From Candidatus Magasanikiibacteriota bacterium (GTDB lineage Bacteria; Patescibacteriota; Patescibacteriia; Magasanikbacterales; JACTTX01), in assembly GCA_015661005.1 (NCBI GenBank), contig JACTTX010000002.1, positions 856 through 64,855 on the forward strand: 64,000 bases of DNA, read 5' to 3'. Numbering within the stretch: position 1 is the first letter of the stretch; each line of letters starts with the position of its first letter. The notes under the pieces were generated by a model. It did no database searches, was not told where the DNA came from, and saw only the letters and a program-made list of their open reading frames with translations. The translations under genes were made by a program, and so were the position numbers. Below, one piece after another: positions 1 through 10,423 of the stretch.

Positions 1-130
1 CCAAACCGCTTCTATCCCGCAGATCAAAAAAAGCAATCTTGCCCAAATTGCGGCGCACATGCACCCAACCCGAAAGGGTCATTGACTCCCCGACACGCCC
101 GACAATTTCTACCGCGTAAATTCTTTTCAT
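1..130 (-). CDS. aspS: Aspartyl-tRNA synthetase, N-terminal part (runs off window)
   Basis: Manual translation from ATG at 130: MKRIYAVEIVGRVGESMTLSGWVHVRRNLGKIAFFDLRDRSGL, the OB-fold start (GWVH.RR.LG...F.DLRD.SG) of AspRS. Confidence 0.8.
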   Translation of the reverse strand, partial: MKRIYAVEIVGRVGESMTLSGWVHVRRNLGKIAFFDLRDRSGL

Positions 131-131
131 A

Positions 132-740
132 TTATTTACTGATGTTGAGTGATGAAATAATTTGCTGATAAACCTCGCCATAGCCAAAAATTGCCAGGTC
201 CGTTTTCCCGCCGGGCAGAGTCATAATCAACCGATCAACTTTTTGTACACCGACGACCGCGTCCTGATCGTGATAAATTTTGGCGCCATAGCCGGAGACG
301 ATAATATTTTCAATTTTTTCATCCGGCAATGGGACGCGGGGCATTCCCGGCTGAATGACCACTCTTACGGTATCAAATTTTTGCTGATCAGTGAAGATGT
401 ATTCTTGGTTGGTGGGGTCAGTGAAAGAGACGCTGACATTGTAGTCGCTCGGATAGAAAAATGTGAGCGTGCCGAACGGTAGCGCGATCGTATAATGCTT
501 GAACGGGGCCGACGGTTCACATCGTCCGGCCGCCATCTGACTCCCGCTCTCACGCCGACAGGAAAAACCAGTCGGACAAGGAATTTCAATTTCCGTTCCG
601 CAGACCGCCGCTTGTCCAATCTTGATAGATTCGGTTGGTAATGTGCCGCGCCGTGAAATCGTGAAGACACCACTAAAATATGCGAGGATACCAATCAGTC
701 CGATGAGCAAGATGATGGCCGTGATCACACGCAGGGACAT
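132..740 (-). CDS. Hypothetical membrane-anchored/secreted protein with small 4-Cys motif
   Basis: N-terminal hydrophobic helix; CG...C..GF.C...G.C segment; tight packing with neighbours. Confidence 0.7.
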   Translation of the reverse strand: MSLRVITAIILLIGLIGILAYFSGVFTISRRGTLPTESIKIGQAAVCGTEIEIPCPTGFSCRRESGSQMAAGRCEPSAPFKHYTIALPFGTLTFFYPSDYNVSVSFTDPTNQEYIFTDQQKFDTVRVVIQPGMPRVPLPDEKIENIIVSGYGAKIYHDQDAVVGVQKVDRLIMTLPGGKTDLAIFGYGEVYQQIISSLNISK

Positions 741-767
741 AAAAGTTTCCGCGAAAATAAATTCTGA

Positions 768-2057
768 TTAAGGTGTTAAACGATTCAACATTCGCGGAAA
801 AGGAATGGTTTCCCGAACATGTTCCAACCCGCAGATCCAGGCGACGGTGCGCTCCAAACCAATTCCAAATCCGGAATGCGGAACGGAACCGTAGCGGCGC
901 AAATCCGTGTACCACTTAAACGCCTCCGGCGGCAGGTTGTGCTCTTTAATCCGTTGTTCCAGCAATGCCAAATCAGCAATCCGCTCGGAGCCGCCGATAA
1001 TTTCTCCGTATCCCTCCGGCGCCAGCAAATCATTATTCAGAACGCGCGCCGAATCCTCCGGATCCGGTTTCATATAAAACGCTTTGATGTTAACCGGATA
1101 ATGATGAATGAAAATCGGGCGGTCAAATTGTTTGGTGAGAATGGTTTCATCATCACCGCCAAAATCGTCGCCGGATTTGATATCTGATCCGAGGCGCGTG
1201 AGCTGGCTCACCGCTTCATCATAATGCAAACGCGGAAAATTTCCTTCCGCCGTTTTTTGGAGAGCCGTTAAATCACGCTCCAAAATTTTTAAATCATCGG
1301 CCCGGCGTTCCAGCACGCGGCGAACGACGTACACAACCAGTTCTTCCTGTAATTGCATATTCTCCTGCCAGTCCATAAAACTGGCTTCGGCTTCCAGCAT
1401 CCAAAACTCGGTCAGATGTCGGCGTGTTTTTGATTTTTCACTGCGAAAGGTCGGACCAAAACAATAGGTCTTCCCCAAAGCCGCGCTCGTTGCCTCCTGA
1501 TAAAGCTGGCCGGACTGCGAAAGATAGGCCACATCATCAAAATATTTCACTTCAAATAAATCCGTGGTGCCTTCAACGGCATTAGCCGTGAAAATCGGCG
1601 AATCGGCGCAAACAAAACCACGCTGGTGAAAAAATTCCCGGAAAGAAAACTCAATCTCATCTCTAATTTTCATTATGGCCGTTTGCCGCGCCGCGCGTAA
1701 CCAGAGGTGACGGTTGTCCATCAAAAAATCCGGACCATGCTCTTTTTTGGAAATTGGAAATTCTTCGGCGCGCTGAATAAGCGTAACGGATGTTCCCTGG
1801 ACTTCAAAACCGGACGGCGCGCGCGGTTCTTTTTTGACGACGCCGGTAATCAGAACCGATGACTCAATGGTGATTTTTTCACACGCCCCCCAAGCGGCGG
1901 CGCTGACCTCACTTTTAGAAATAACAATTTGTGCGCGGCCCGTGCCATCGCGAAATTGCAAAAAGAAAATACTTCCCGAGGAGCGGAAGTTATAGATCCA
2001 GCCCTTCAAGGTGATTTCTTTTCCTTCAAATTGCGCGATTTCTGACACGCTCGGCAT
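768..2057 (-). CDS. asnS: Asparagine--tRNA ligase
   Basis: YLSQSGQLY, FRSEKSKTRRHLTEFWMLE, PHSGFGIGLER motifs; likely start MPSVSEI at 2057. Confidence 0.95.
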   Translation of the reverse strand: MPSVSEIAQFEGKEITLKGWIYNFRSSGSIFFLQFRDGTGRAQIVISKSEVSAAAWGACEKITIESSVLITGVVKKEPRAPSGFEVQGTSVTLIQRAEEFPISKKEHGPDFLMDNRHLWLRAARQTAIMKIRDEIEFSFREFFHQRGFVCADSPIFTANAVEGTTDLFEVKYFDDVAYLSQSGQLYQEATSAALGKTYCFGPTFRSEKSKTRRHLTEFWMLEAEASFMDWQENMQLQEELVVYVVRRVLERRADDLKILERDLTALQKTAEGNFPRLHYDEAVSQLTRLGSDIKSGDDFGGDDETILTKQFDRPIFIHHYPVNIKAFYMKPDPEDSARVLNNDLLAPEGYGEIIGGSERIADLALLEQRIKEHNLPPEAFKWYTDLRRYGSVPHSGFGIGLERTVAWICGLEHVRETIPFPRMLNRLTP

Positions 2058-2149
2058 ACGAAAAGCACTGGAAATTATAGAAAAAAATGGCCGGAAAGGC
2101 AATGGCTCGCAGAAAGGCGGGGCCGCGGCGCGGCCGCGGCCTAATGCGC

Positions 2150-2659
2150 TCATCCTAAACTTTTCAAATCAAATTCCAGATATTTTTGCACGGCGGCGCG
2201 GGCGTCTCCGATCACCGCGCCATAACCGAGACGCTTGATAACTTTTTTAGCGAATTCTTCCCACACTTCACGGCAAGCAATCAAGTTTGGGGCGGCATCA
2301 AGAGCATTCTCGGCCAAAAAAAATTCATCAAAAAGCGCCGGGTCGGAAACGCCGTCACGAGTCGCGCGCAAAAGCAATTCAGCGGCCGCGCTAAATAAAA
2401 CCAACCGCTCATGGGAGATATTTTTTGGCCGCCAAAGAGATTGCGCCTGCGCCACTTTGTCAAATCGCCGTCCGGCGGCGATCATCACTCTCACCATGGT
2501 GAATGGCTCTAAATGTCCGGAGAGTTTGCTGGTAATTTTTTTAGCGCCAACGGCAACCGCCGTGAGCCGACCACGCCCTTTGGTGTAGAAAGTCAAACGC
2601 TTATCGTTTTCACGGAAGTTTGTGCGTTCCAACACGATGGCCGAGTCGGTGAAGGTCAT
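2150..2659 (-). CDS. recO: DNA repair protein RecO (short form)
   Basis: AIVL...FRENDK.LTFYT...GRL.AVA.GAKK..SKL.GHLEPF N-terminal OB domain. Confidence 0.85.
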   Translation of the reverse strand: MTFTDSAIVLERTNFRENDKRLTFYTKGRGRLTAVAVGAKKITSKLSGHLEPFTMVRVMIAAGRRFDKVAQAQSLWRPKNISHERLVLFSAAAELLLRATRDGVSDPALFDEFFLAENALDAAPNLIACREVWEEFAKKVIKRLGYGAVIGDARAAVQKYLEFDLKSLG

Positions 2660-3042
2660 ACTGCCCTCTTCTGCATATATGCCGCCAAAATCTCCACCGC
2701 CGCGCCAATATCTTTTTGCTTGGCGCCGGCTTTGTCCGCGGCGATGCTGGTGAAACGTTCATCCATCAAATCAACCGGCGTGTGAACGCGCTCCCGCAAA
2801 GCGCTAACAAAATCCTGCACAACAATGGCCTGCGGCCCAACCTTGCCGGATAAAGTCAAGGGCATTCCAACCACAATCCGGCTTACGTCTTCCGCAACAA
2901 CAATTTTGGCAATCTCCGCACACAACTCTTTCACCCCGCGATTTTCTAATACGCCGTAACCAACCGCCAAAGTACTCCCCTCATCGGCAATCGCCAATCC
3001 CACTCTCCGCTCGCCATAATCAATTCCCAAAACGCGTTTCAT
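2656..3042 (-). CDS. ruvX: YqgF/RuvX family nuclease
   Basis: LGIDYGERRVGLA, IVVGMP, DERFTS motifs. Confidence 0.92.
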   Translation of the reverse strand: MKRVLGIDYGERRVGLAIADEGSTLAVGYGVLENRGVKELCAEIAKIVVAEDVSRIVVGMPLTLSGKVGPQAIVVQDFVSALRERVHTPVDLMDERFTSIAADKAGAKQKDIGAAVEILAAYMQKRAV

Positions 3043-3839
3043 ATTGTCTCACTTGGCCGCCGCGTCAAAACCTCCGCGCCTTTTTCCGTGATGGCAATCG
3101 TGTGCTCAAAATGGGCGGCCAATGATCCGTCTTCCGTTTTCACGGTCCAACCGTCTTTGTCAATGAAAACTTTTGAACCGCCGCTGGTGATCATCGGCTC
3201 AATGGCAATCACCAGTCCGGGCTTCATTTCCACCACCGGCGATTTTGGATCAACGTAGTTCGGAACTTTCGGTTCTTCATGCACTTCATAACCAACGCCG
3301 TGTCCGACATATTGCCGCACAATTCCAAAACCGAACGGCTTGATGTATTCCTGAACGGTCGCGCCGATGTCGGAAATTTTTGCGCCCGGCTCTGCCACGG
3401 CAATGGCGCGATACAAACTTTCCCGCGTGGCGTCCACCAGCTCATAAGATTTTTTGGAGCCGCGGCCGACAATGACCGTCAAAGCCGTGTCCGTGTATAA
3501 TCCGCGCCCCTTGGCCGGATAAATCATCCCAATATCCAAACCAACCACATCGCCGGTTTTCAAATGATGCTCGTGCGACGGAACGCCGTGAACAACTTCA
3601 TTGTTCACGGAAACGCAGATGGCGCAAGGGAACGATGCGTTCGGACTGCCGTAACCTTTGAAAGCTGGTCGTCCGCCCGCTTCCAGAATCCATTTCTCGG
3701 CCAAGACGTCAATTTCACCGGTGGTTTTGATTTGGCCGGAGGCAACGCCGCGCTCAAGGCGTTCTAAAATCGCGCCCAATTTCAAACCGCCCTCGCGAAG
3801 GACGGCAATTTCATCTTTTGATTTATATGTTATTGGCAT
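3039..3839 (-). CDS. map: Methionine aminopeptidase type I
   Basis: CVSVNNEVVHGVP, GHGVG..VHEEP, AIEPMI, AAHFEHT. Confidence 0.96.
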   Translation of the reverse strand: MPITYKSKDEIAVLREGGLKLGAILERLERGVASGQIKTTGEIDVLAEKWILEAGGRPAFKGYGSPNASFPCAICVSVNNEVVHGVPSHEHHLKTGDVVGLDIGMIYPAKGRGLYTDTALTVIVGRGSKKSYELVDATRESLYRAIAVAEPGAKISDIGATVQEYIKPFGFGIVRQYVGHGVGYEVHEEPKVPNYVDPKSPVVEMKPGLVIAIEPMITSGGSKVFIDKDGWTVKTEDGSLAAHFEHTIAITEKGAEVLTRRPSETI

Positions 3840-3861
3840 CTTTGTGTCCGCAATTTCATAC

Positions 3862-4512
3862 CTATCTGTTCAACACGGGTCCCAAAATTGCTTTTATCTC
3901 CGCAAAAACATCATCAATGGATCCGGCGGCGTAGATTTTACGCACCAATCCTTTTTGCTCAAAAGCGGCCAAGACCGGCTCGGTATCCGCGTGATAAATT
4001 TTCAGACGTTCGCGAATGGCTGACGGTTTGTCGTCATCGCGCTGAATCAAAGCGCCGCCGCATTTGTCGCAAATCCCTTCCGCGGTCGGCGGATTGGTGA
4101 TGGTGTTATAAACGGCGCCGCATTTCTGACAAGTAAGCCGCGCGGACAAACGTTCCACCGCCACATCATCCGGCAAATCAAGCAAGATAACGTGACTGAC
4201 CGGACGCAAGGCGCCCAAAGCCGCCAACTGTTCGACGTCCCGCGGGTAGCCGTCCAAAATTACGCCGCCGCTCACATCATCTTTGTCCAAACGTTCCGCG
4301 ACAATCCGATTGGTGAGTTCCGATGGCGCCAATTTTCCGGCATTAATGTATTCCTTGATCTTGGCGCCAATCGGCGATTCGTTCTGAATGTGCGTGCGAA
4401 AAAGATCGCCGGTGGAGACGGCGGGAATGCCGTAGGCCGCGGATATTTTTGCGGCTTGCGTTCCTTTCCCTGATCCCTGCGGCCCAATGAGCACGATATT
4501 AAGTTGCGCCAT
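3862..4512 (-). CDS. adk: Adenylate kinase (Zn-binding lid)
   Basis: GPQGSGKGTQA, LDGYPR, CQKC...CDKC lid, QRDDD. Confidence 0.96.
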   Translation of the reverse strand: MAQLNIVLIGPQGSGKGTQAAKISAAYGIPAVSTGDLFRTHIQNESPIGAKIKEYINAGKLAPSELTNRIVAERLDKDDVSGGVILDGYPRDVEQLAALGALRPVSHVILLDLPDDVAVERLSARLTCQKCGAVYNTITNPPTAEGICDKCGGALIQRDDDKPSAIRERLKIYHADTEPVLAAFEQKGLVRKIYAAGSIDDVFAEIKAILGPVLNR

Positions 4513-4550
4513 AAATTATATTTTACGATGCGATATAAATTCCGCCGGAT

Positions 4551-4835
4551 TTATTTACTCCGGCGCGTTAAAATTTTTTCCAAAAGTTTTTGCTTGCGGG
4601 CCAGATATTCGTTCGGATAAAGATACAGCAAAATCCTCTGCGCTTTTTCTCCGTAAAGCCAGCGGCCGGAGCGGGCGTGTTTAAGCGCCTCGTAAACGGT
4701 ACCGAAGACGCTGTGATCATCCGTGTGATGATGCTTTGTCCGCGGAAAACCAATCTCAAAAATCCAGCGTTTCAGGTCAATGCTCGGAACGTAGTACATG
4801 GCGTTCAAGGAACCGCGGCGTTTTTCTTCAGCCAT
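4551..4835 (-). CDS. Hypothetical protein between secY and adk
   Basis: 94-aa ORF filling the gap, co-oriented with operon; no recognised motif. Confidence 0.55.
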   Translation of the reverse strand: MAEEKRRGSLNAMYYVPSIDLKRWIFEIGFPRTKHHHTDDHSVFGTVYEALKHARSGRWLYGEKAQRILLYLYPNEYLARKQKLLEKILTRRSK

Positions 4836-4873
4836 ACATCGTCAAATTAAAGACGCCAGTTTGAGAATGATCT

Positions 4874-6151
4874 CTACACGCGGTCGTATTGGCGCATGGT
4901 CAGTTGCGCATCAATCTGATTCACGATTTCAATCGCGACCGAAACCACAATCAAAAGCGACGTGCCGCCGACAACCAATGAACGCGTATGCGTCAAAAAT
5001 TGTTGAACGGCCAACGGCAAAACGGCAATGATGCCCAAAAATAACGCGCCGGCCAAAACAATCCGCACCATCACTTGTCCCAAATAAGCGGAAGTGGCCG
5101 TGCCCGGCCGAATGCCGGGAATGAAACCGCCCTGCTTTTGCAAATTTTCCGCCACTTTGTCCGGCTGAAAAATCACGGCCGTGTAAAAAAAAGTGAAACC
5201 GATGACGAGCAGAAAATAAATCACGCCATAGACCAATTGATTTTGAAAAGTGCGGATGACCCATTCGGCGGCGCTCACAATCCAAGCGGTTTTGGCCTTG
5301 ACCAAAAATTGCGCGATCATCGGCGGAAAAAGAATCATGGAAATGGCAAAGATGATCGGGATGACGCCGGCCATATTCACTTTAAGCGGCAGGAAACTGG
5401 TTGAGGCCGCCGTCATTCTGGTCCCGCGCATCTGCCGCGCATACTGCACCGGAATGTTGCGCTGACCTTGAGTGATGACCACAACGCCAATGATGGTAAT
5501 GAGCGCCAGCGCCACAAAAAGCACCGTATCAAAAAGCTGGGACTGATCATAAGTGGCGTAGAGTTGCTGGGCGTAAGTTGGCAAACTGGAAACAATGCCG
5601 GCAAAAATTAAAAGGGAAATGCCGTTCCCGATTTTTTTTTCGGAAATCAATTCACCAATCCACATCAGAAACATGGTGCCGCCGGTGATGGTGATCATGA
5701 TGGTGATGATTTGAAAGGCCGACAAATCCCCAATGACACCTTGGGCGCTCGTACGCAAAAGCGTAATCATGCCGTAAGATTGAAGAAGCGCCAACGGCAC
5801 CGCCAAAAGACGCGTGTACTGATTGATTTTTTGCTGACCCTGCTCCCCTTCTTTGCCCAACTCTTCAAGTTGCGGCACGATCATTTGTAAGAGCTGAAGA
5901 ATAATGGAAGCGGTGATGTACGGAGCAACGCCCATCAGCACCACGGAAAAATTTTCAAAAGTGCCGCCGGAAAAAATGTTCAAGAGTCCGAAGACCTGAT
6001 TGCTTTCCAAAAAGAGCCGCAACTTCACCAGGTCCACGCCCGGCACCGGAATGTGCGCGACAAACCGAAAAAGCACCAGCATCCCCAAAACAAAGAGGAT
6101 GCTTTTACGCAACTCCGGAACGGTCCAGATTTGTTTAAACTTTTCCCACAT
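4874..6151 (-). CDS. secY: Preprotein translocase subunit SecY
   Basis: HIPVPG, GVAPYITASII, GIGNG-like ISLLIFAGI, FIPGIRPG, GGTSLLIVV. Confidence 0.98.
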   Translation of the reverse strand: MWEKFKQIWTVPELRKSILFVLGMLVLFRFVAHIPVPGVDLVKLRLFLESNQVFGLLNIFSGGTFENFSVVLMGVAPYITASIILQLLQMIVPQLEELGKEGEQGQQKINQYTRLLAVPLALLQSYGMITLLRTSAQGVIGDLSAFQIITIMITITGGTMFLMWIGELISEKKIGNGISLLIFAGIVSSLPTYAQQLYATYDQSQLFDTVLFVALALITIIGVVVITQGQRNIPVQYARQMRGTRMTAASTSFLPLKVNMAGVIPIIFAISMILFPPMIAQFLVKAKTAWIVSAAEWVIRTFQNQLVYGVIYFLLVIGFTFFYTAVIFQPDKVAENLQKQGGFIPGIRPGTATSAYLGQVMVRIVLAGALFLGIIAVLPLAVQQFLTHTRSLVVGGTSLLIVVSVAIEIVNQIDAQLTMRQYDRV

Positions 6152-6185
6152 ATATAGAGTAAGTGGGCTGCCTCATAAGCGCATA

Positions 6186-6614
6186 TTATTCCGTTATTGA
6201 CCCACCAGCGCTGATGATCTTTTCTTTAGCGCCCGCTGAAGCCGCCACGCCTTTGACCGCCAACTTTTTTGTCATTGTACCATTCCCCAGCACTTTGACG
6301 CGAGCGCCCAATCCCTTCTTTTTGAGCGTTTCCGGTGAAACAGTTTCGCCATCATTGAAAAGACGCGCGAGCGTATCCAGATCAACAACCTCCGGTCGCT
6401 CCTTTTGTGATTTGACCCCGCGCAGTTTGGGCGTCTGCAAAATATTGCCGCGCATACCCAAAAGATGCAAACCCTTGCGTCCGCCGGTGCGCGCGCGCTG
6501 TCCTTTGGTTCCGCGTCCGGCCGTGGTTCCCAAACCCGTGCCGTGACCGCGCCCAACCTTAAACTTTTTTTTCCTGGCGCCTTTATTTGATTTTAGCGAG
6601 TGCATGGTAATCAT
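6186..6614 (-). CDS. rplO: 50S ribosomal protein L15
   Basis: VGRGHGTGLGTTAGRGTKGQRAR; operon position. Confidence 0.96.
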   Translation of the reverse strand: MITMHSLKSNKGARKKKFKVGRGHGTGLGTTAGRGTKGQRARTGGRKGLHLLGMRGNILQTPKLRGVKSQKERPEVVDLDTLARLFNDGETVSPETLKKKGLGARVKVLGNGTMTKKLAVKGVAASAGAKEKIISAGGSITE

Positions 6615-7192
6615 ACCGTTTGTTTTCTCCGTAACTGTTGAAGCGCTGCAAATGTTGCTCGCACATTATTAACCTTGTTCTTTCCACCCATAATTTTGCT
6701 GGAAATATTCGGCACACCAGCCAATTCCAGCACCACCCGAACCGCCCCGCCAGCAATAACACCCGATCCTTTTGGCGCCGGCATCAATAAAACTTTAGCC
6801 GCGCCGTCTTTGACAAAAGAGCGGTGCGGAATGGATTCATTGATGAGCGGAACGGTGATCACGCGTTTGCGCGCCTGCCGCGCCGCCTTATTGATGGCAA
6901 TGGACACATCTGCGCCTTTGGCCAAACCATAGCCGACGCGCCCTTTGCGATCACCAATGATAATCAAAGCCCGAAAACGCATCCGCTTGCCGCCTTTGGT
7001 CACGCGCGTCACGCGGGAAAGTTCCAACGTTGCTTGATCAAACTCTTTATCTTCCTGTTCACGATCAAACCCGCCGCGGCGTTCACGCCGTTCACGATCG
7101 CCGCCACCGCCGCCTCCCCGCCCCTGTCCGCCGCCACGTCCTTGTCCCGGTCCGCGTCCGCGCTGATTAAATTGTCGTTGAGGTCCTGGCAT
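6611..7192 (-). CDS. rpsE: 30S ribosomal protein S5
   Basis: RVTRVTKGGKRMRFRAL, PAPKGSGVIAGG; Gly/Arg-rich N-terminal extension. Confidence 0.97.
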   Translation of the reverse strand: MPGPQRQFNQRGRGPGQGRGGGQGRGGGGGGDRERRERRGGFDREQEDKEFDQATLELSRVTRVTKGGKRMRFRALIIIGDRKGRVGYGLAKGADVSIAINKAARQARKRVITVPLINESIPHRSFVKDGAAKVLLMPAPKGSGVIAGGAVRVVLELAGVPNISSKIMGGKNKVNNVRATFAALQQLRRKQTV

Positions 7193-7227
7193 AACAGTTG
7201 AATTGAGAATTGAGAATATGGAAGTGA

Positions 7228-7596
7228 TTAAAATTTCAATCCACCATCGCGGGCGCCGTCGGCTAGGGCGGCGACACGTCCTTGATAAGCAAACCCGCCG
7301 CGATCAAAAACAACAGCGTCAACTCCTTTGGCCAGGGCTTTTTCCGCCAACAACTTCCCGGTCAAATAAGCGGCCGCCACTTTCCCCTTCCGTTCGCCGG
7401 CGTTCCCTTTTAATCCGCGGCTCTCTGCGGCCACCAAAGTTTTTCCAGTAGCATCGTCAATCAATTGCGCCGTAACATAACGCAAACTCCGAAAAACGGC
7501 TAATCGCGGACGGACGGCCGTGCCAATAATCTTGGCGCGCACCCGCTTGTGCCGCCGTTCCCGTTTCATCAATTTTTCTTTGGCCTTTGATTTCAT
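7228..7596 (-). CDS. rplR: 50S ribosomal protein L18
   Basis: [23 protein letters not shown]; start MKSKAK at 7596. Confidence 0.96.
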   Translation of the reverse strand: MKSKAKEKLMKRERRHKRVRAKIIGTAVRPRLAVFRSLRYVTAQLIDDATGKTLVAAESRGLKGNAGERKGKVAAAYLTGKLLAEKALAKGVDAVVFDRGGFAYQGRVAALADGARDGGLKF

Positions 7597-7612
7597 ATTC
7601 CCGCTTAAAACT

Positions 7613-8164
7613 TTACGCCGCTCCGGCCGACTTGGCCGCCTTACCGGCCTTGCGACGAATGACTTCATCCAGATATTTAATACCTTTACCCTTATACGGC
7701 TCCGGCGGACGCAAATGCCGGATTCGCGCCGCCGTTTCCCCAACCAACTGCTTGTCAACGCCGCTCAAAGTAATTATATTCTTCTCAATAACCGCGGCGA
7801 CTCCCGCTGGCAGTTTGAATTCCACCGGATGAGAAAAACCGAGTTCCAGTTTCAAAGCGCTACCTGCCACGGCCACGCGAAAACCAATGCCGTTCACTTC
7901 CAATTTCTTTTCATAACCGGCCGTGACGCCAAGAACCAAATTCTTGACGAGCGCGCCGAACAATCCCCAAAGAGCGCGATTCTTTTTGACCGTCTCATCG
8001 GAAACATGAACATGCAACCCGTCATCTTCTTTAACAACCGTGATATGCGGATGCAAAACCAATTCCAATTTTCCTTTTGGTCCTTGGACGCCAACCTTCC
8101 CATCAGTCAACGTCACGTTGACTCCGGTTGGCACGGCAATTATTTGTTTTCCGATTCTGGACAT
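7613..8164 (-). CDS. rplF: 50S ribosomal protein L6
   Basis: [26 protein letters not shown]. Confidence 0.98.
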   Translation of the reverse strand: MSRIGKQIIAVPTGVNVTLTDGKVGVQGPKGKLELVLHPHITVVKEDDGLHVHVSDETVKKNRALWGLFGALVKNLVLGVTAGYEKKLEVNGIGFRVAVAGSALKLELGFSHPVEFKLPAGVAAVIEKNIITLSGVDKQLVGETAARIRHLRPPEPYKGKGIKYLDEVIRRKAGKAAKSAGAA

Positions 8165-8165
8165 A

Positions 8166-8555
8166 TTAGTAGACCTCGCAGATCATCTCTCCGCCCAACT
8201 TCTGTTTGTGCGCTTCTTTATTGGTCATCAAACCCTTGGACGTTGAAAGAATAGATATGCCAAACCCGCTCTGCACCACTTTAAGCTCATCCGCCTTAAC
8301 ATAAGCGCGATGCCCGGGCTTGCTGACGCGCTGAATGGAAGTAATGGCTGGCGCGCGTTCCGCATACTTCAGACGAATCCTAATCTGCGCAAATTTATCA
8401 TCCGTTTTTTCCACGCGACCCACATATCCTTCCCGTTCTAAAATCTGCGCGATATTCATTTTTAATTTTGAGTGCGGCAAAACCACCAGCGGCATATGGG
8501 CCTGCTGGGCGTTTCTGATTCTCGTCAACATGTCGGCGATGGGATCGGTCATCAT
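8166..8555 (-). CDS. rpsH: 30S ribosomal protein S8
   Basis: MTDPIADMLTRIRNA, ILSTSKGLMT; start at 8555. Confidence 0.98.
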   Translation of the reverse strand: MMTDPIADMLTRIRNAQQAHMPLVVLPHSKLKMNIAQILEREGYVGRVEKTDDKFAQIRIRLKYAERAPAITSIQRVSKPGHRAYVKADELKVVQSGFGISILSTSKGLMTNKEAHKQKLGGEMICEVY

Positions 8556-8557
8556 AT

Positions 8558-8743
8558 TTACCAACTTGATTTTGTAATTCCCGGAATCTCTCCGCGATTG
8601 GCAAGTTCCCGGAAGCAAATGCGGCACATTCCGAAATCGCGCATAAAACCGCGCGCCCGTCCGCAACGCCAACAGCGATGCACAACGCGGGTGCGGAATT
8701 TTGGTTTCTTTTGCGACTTGGAAATTTGTGCTTCAGTTGCCAT
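8558..8743 (-). CDS. rpsN: 30S ribosomal protein S14 (Zn-binding type Z)
   Basis: RCWRCGRAR...CRICFRE, 61 aa. Confidence 0.96.
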   Translation of the reverse strand: MATEAQISKSQKKPKFRTRVVHRCWRCGRARGFMRDFGMCRICFRELANRGEIPGITKSSW

Positions 8744-8763
8744 ACAATAATTAATGTTGTCTG

Positions 8764-9312
8764 TTATTTGTTGTTTGTTGTCTGTTGGAATGGAAACCCC
8801 AGGGCTTTGGCCAGCGCCAGACCTTCCGCAGAATTCCTGGCGGTTGTCCGCACCGTCACCTGTACGCCATGGACGGCTTCCACTTCATCCGGACGAATTT
8901 CCGGAAAGGCCAAGTGTTCGGTGAAACCAAGAGAAAAATTTCCTCCGGCATCCATAATCTTTGGCGAGAGACCGCGAAAGTCCCTCACCCGAGGAAAGGT
9001 CACGTGCACGAGCTTCTCCAAAAAGTCGTACATGCGCTTTCCCCGCAAAGTGCATTTGAGGCCAACCACTTGACCCTCGCGCACTTTGAAATTAGAAATG
9101 GATTTACGCGCCTTGGTCTCCGTCGGCTTTTGCCCGCAGATGCGCGTCAAGGTCTTCACGGCCGCGTCCACATTTTTCTGATCCTTGCTCATCTTGCCGA
9201 CGCCAACATGAACCACCACCACCGAAACTTTTGGCGCCTGCATGATGTTTTTGTAACCAAACTCGGCCTGGAGTTTTGGGATGATTTCTTTTTGGTAGCG
9301 TTCTTTCAACAT
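8764..9312 (-). CDS. rplE: 50S ribosomal protein L5
   Basis: KARKSISNFKVREG, PRVRDFRGL, FPEI. Confidence 0.97.
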   Translation of the reverse strand: MLKERYQKEIIPKLQAEFGYKNIMQAPKVSVVVVHVGVGKMSKDQKNVDAAVKTLTRICGQKPTETKARKSISNFKVREGQVVGLKCTLRGKRMYDFLEKLVHVTFPRVRDFRGLSPKIMDAGGNFSLGFTEHLAFPEIRPDEVEAVHGVQVTVRTTARNSAEGLALAKALGFPFQQTTNNK

Positions 9313-9325
9313 ATCATTTCACGAT

Positions 9326-9577
9326 TTATTTGGCCCGATGACGCACCGGCTTACCGGCCTCATTCAATAGCATCACGTTGGAAGCGTCAAGGGGCGCCGC
9401 CAATTCAATCTTTTGTCCTTTTTCTCCGCGCTTGCGGCTACGCAAATGCTTTTTCATGACATTGGCGCCTTCCACGACAACTTTATTGGCCGCTTTGAAG
9501 ACCTGAAGTACCTTGCCGGTTTTCCCGGCATCTTTTCCGCGCATTACTTTGACATTGTCTCCGGTTTTAATCTTCAT
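9326..9577 (-). CDS. rplX: 50S ribosomal protein L24 (short)
   Basis: KIKTGDNVKV..GKD.GK.GKV KOW motif; SNVML. Confidence 0.95.
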   Translation of the reverse strand: MKIKTGDNVKVMRGKDAGKTGKVLQVFKAANKVVVEGANVMKKHLRSRKRGEKGQKIELAAPLDASNVMLLNEAGKPVRHRAK

Positions 9578-9602
9578 ATTCTTTATTCGTCAAATAGTGA
9601 TG

Positions 9603-9974
9603 TTAGAGCACTTCCGGCGCGAGCGAGATTATCTTCTGAAACCCGCGGGTGCGCAATTCCCGAGCGACCGGCCCAAAAATGCGACTGCCCTTTGGTTCAC
9701 CATTGGCTTTATCAATGATGACGGCCGCGTTCTCGTCAAAACGGATGGCTGTGCCGTCCGGCCGCGTGCTTTCTTTGCGCGTCCGCACCAAAACGGCGTG
9801 GACAACATCTCCTTTTTTCACCAATCCGTGCGGCACCGCTTCTTTGACGGCGCACGTAACAACATCCCCCACGCGGGCATAATGTTTTTTATACCCGCCG
9901 AGGACGCGAATACACTGGAGCTTTTTAGCGCCGGTATTATCCGCAACCACGAGCATGGAACGATGTTGAATCAT
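9603..9974 (-). CDS. rplN: 50S ribosomal protein L14
   Basis: MIQ...[35 protein letters not shown]. Confidence 0.98.
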   Translation of the reverse strand: MIQHRSMLVVADNTGAKKLQCIRVLGGYKKHYARVGDVVTCAVKEAVPHGLVKKGDVVHAVLVRTRKESTRPDGTAIRFDENAAVIIDKANGEPKGSRIFGPVARELRTRGFQKIISLAPEVL

Positions 9975-10207
9975 ATAACGCGCCAACGTTTATCTTTGGA
10001 GAGCGGCCTAGTTTCCACAAACCGCACAACGCTTCCAACCGGATGCCCGCCTTTTTCATCATGAACTTTGTACTTTTTGGAAACGACGTACTGTTTGTGA
10101 TATTTGGGATGCGCTTTCGTCCGGTCAACCTTAACCACGATGGTCTTGACCATCTTATTGGAAACAACTGTTCCCGTAAATTCTCTTTTGTGTCCAGTAT
10201 GCTCCAT
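9971..10207 (-). CDS. rpsQ: 30S ribosomal protein S17
   Basis: [28 protein letters not shown]. Confidence 0.97.
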   Translation of the reverse strand: MEHTGHKREFTGTVVSNKMVKTIVVKVDRTKAHPKYHKQYVVSKKYKVHDEKGGHPVGSVVRFVETRPLSKDKRWRVI

Positions 10208-10224
10208 ATTCCGTTCGTAATGTT

Positions 10225-10422
10225 TTATGTTTTATGTTTTATGTTAGCTTTAAGAATAGTCAGCGCTTGCGCCACCGTTTTTTTGGCATCGCGATACTGA
10301 TGGGAACGTTTCATCTGCCCTTGCATTGACTTAAGTTTCAATTCCAACACACTCCGGCGGCTGTCCGCAAGAATCCGCTGTAACTCCGCTTCCGATTTTT
10401 CCCGCAATTCTTTCATCTTCAT
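10225..10422 (-). CDS. rpmC: 50S ribosomal protein L29
   Basis: MKMKELREKSEAEL...KKTVAQALT; position between rplP and rpsQ. Confidence 0.9.
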   Translation of the reverse strand: MKMKELREKSEAELQRILADSRRSVLELKLKSMQGQMKRSHQYRDAKKTVAQALTILKANIKHKT

Positions 10423-10423
10423 A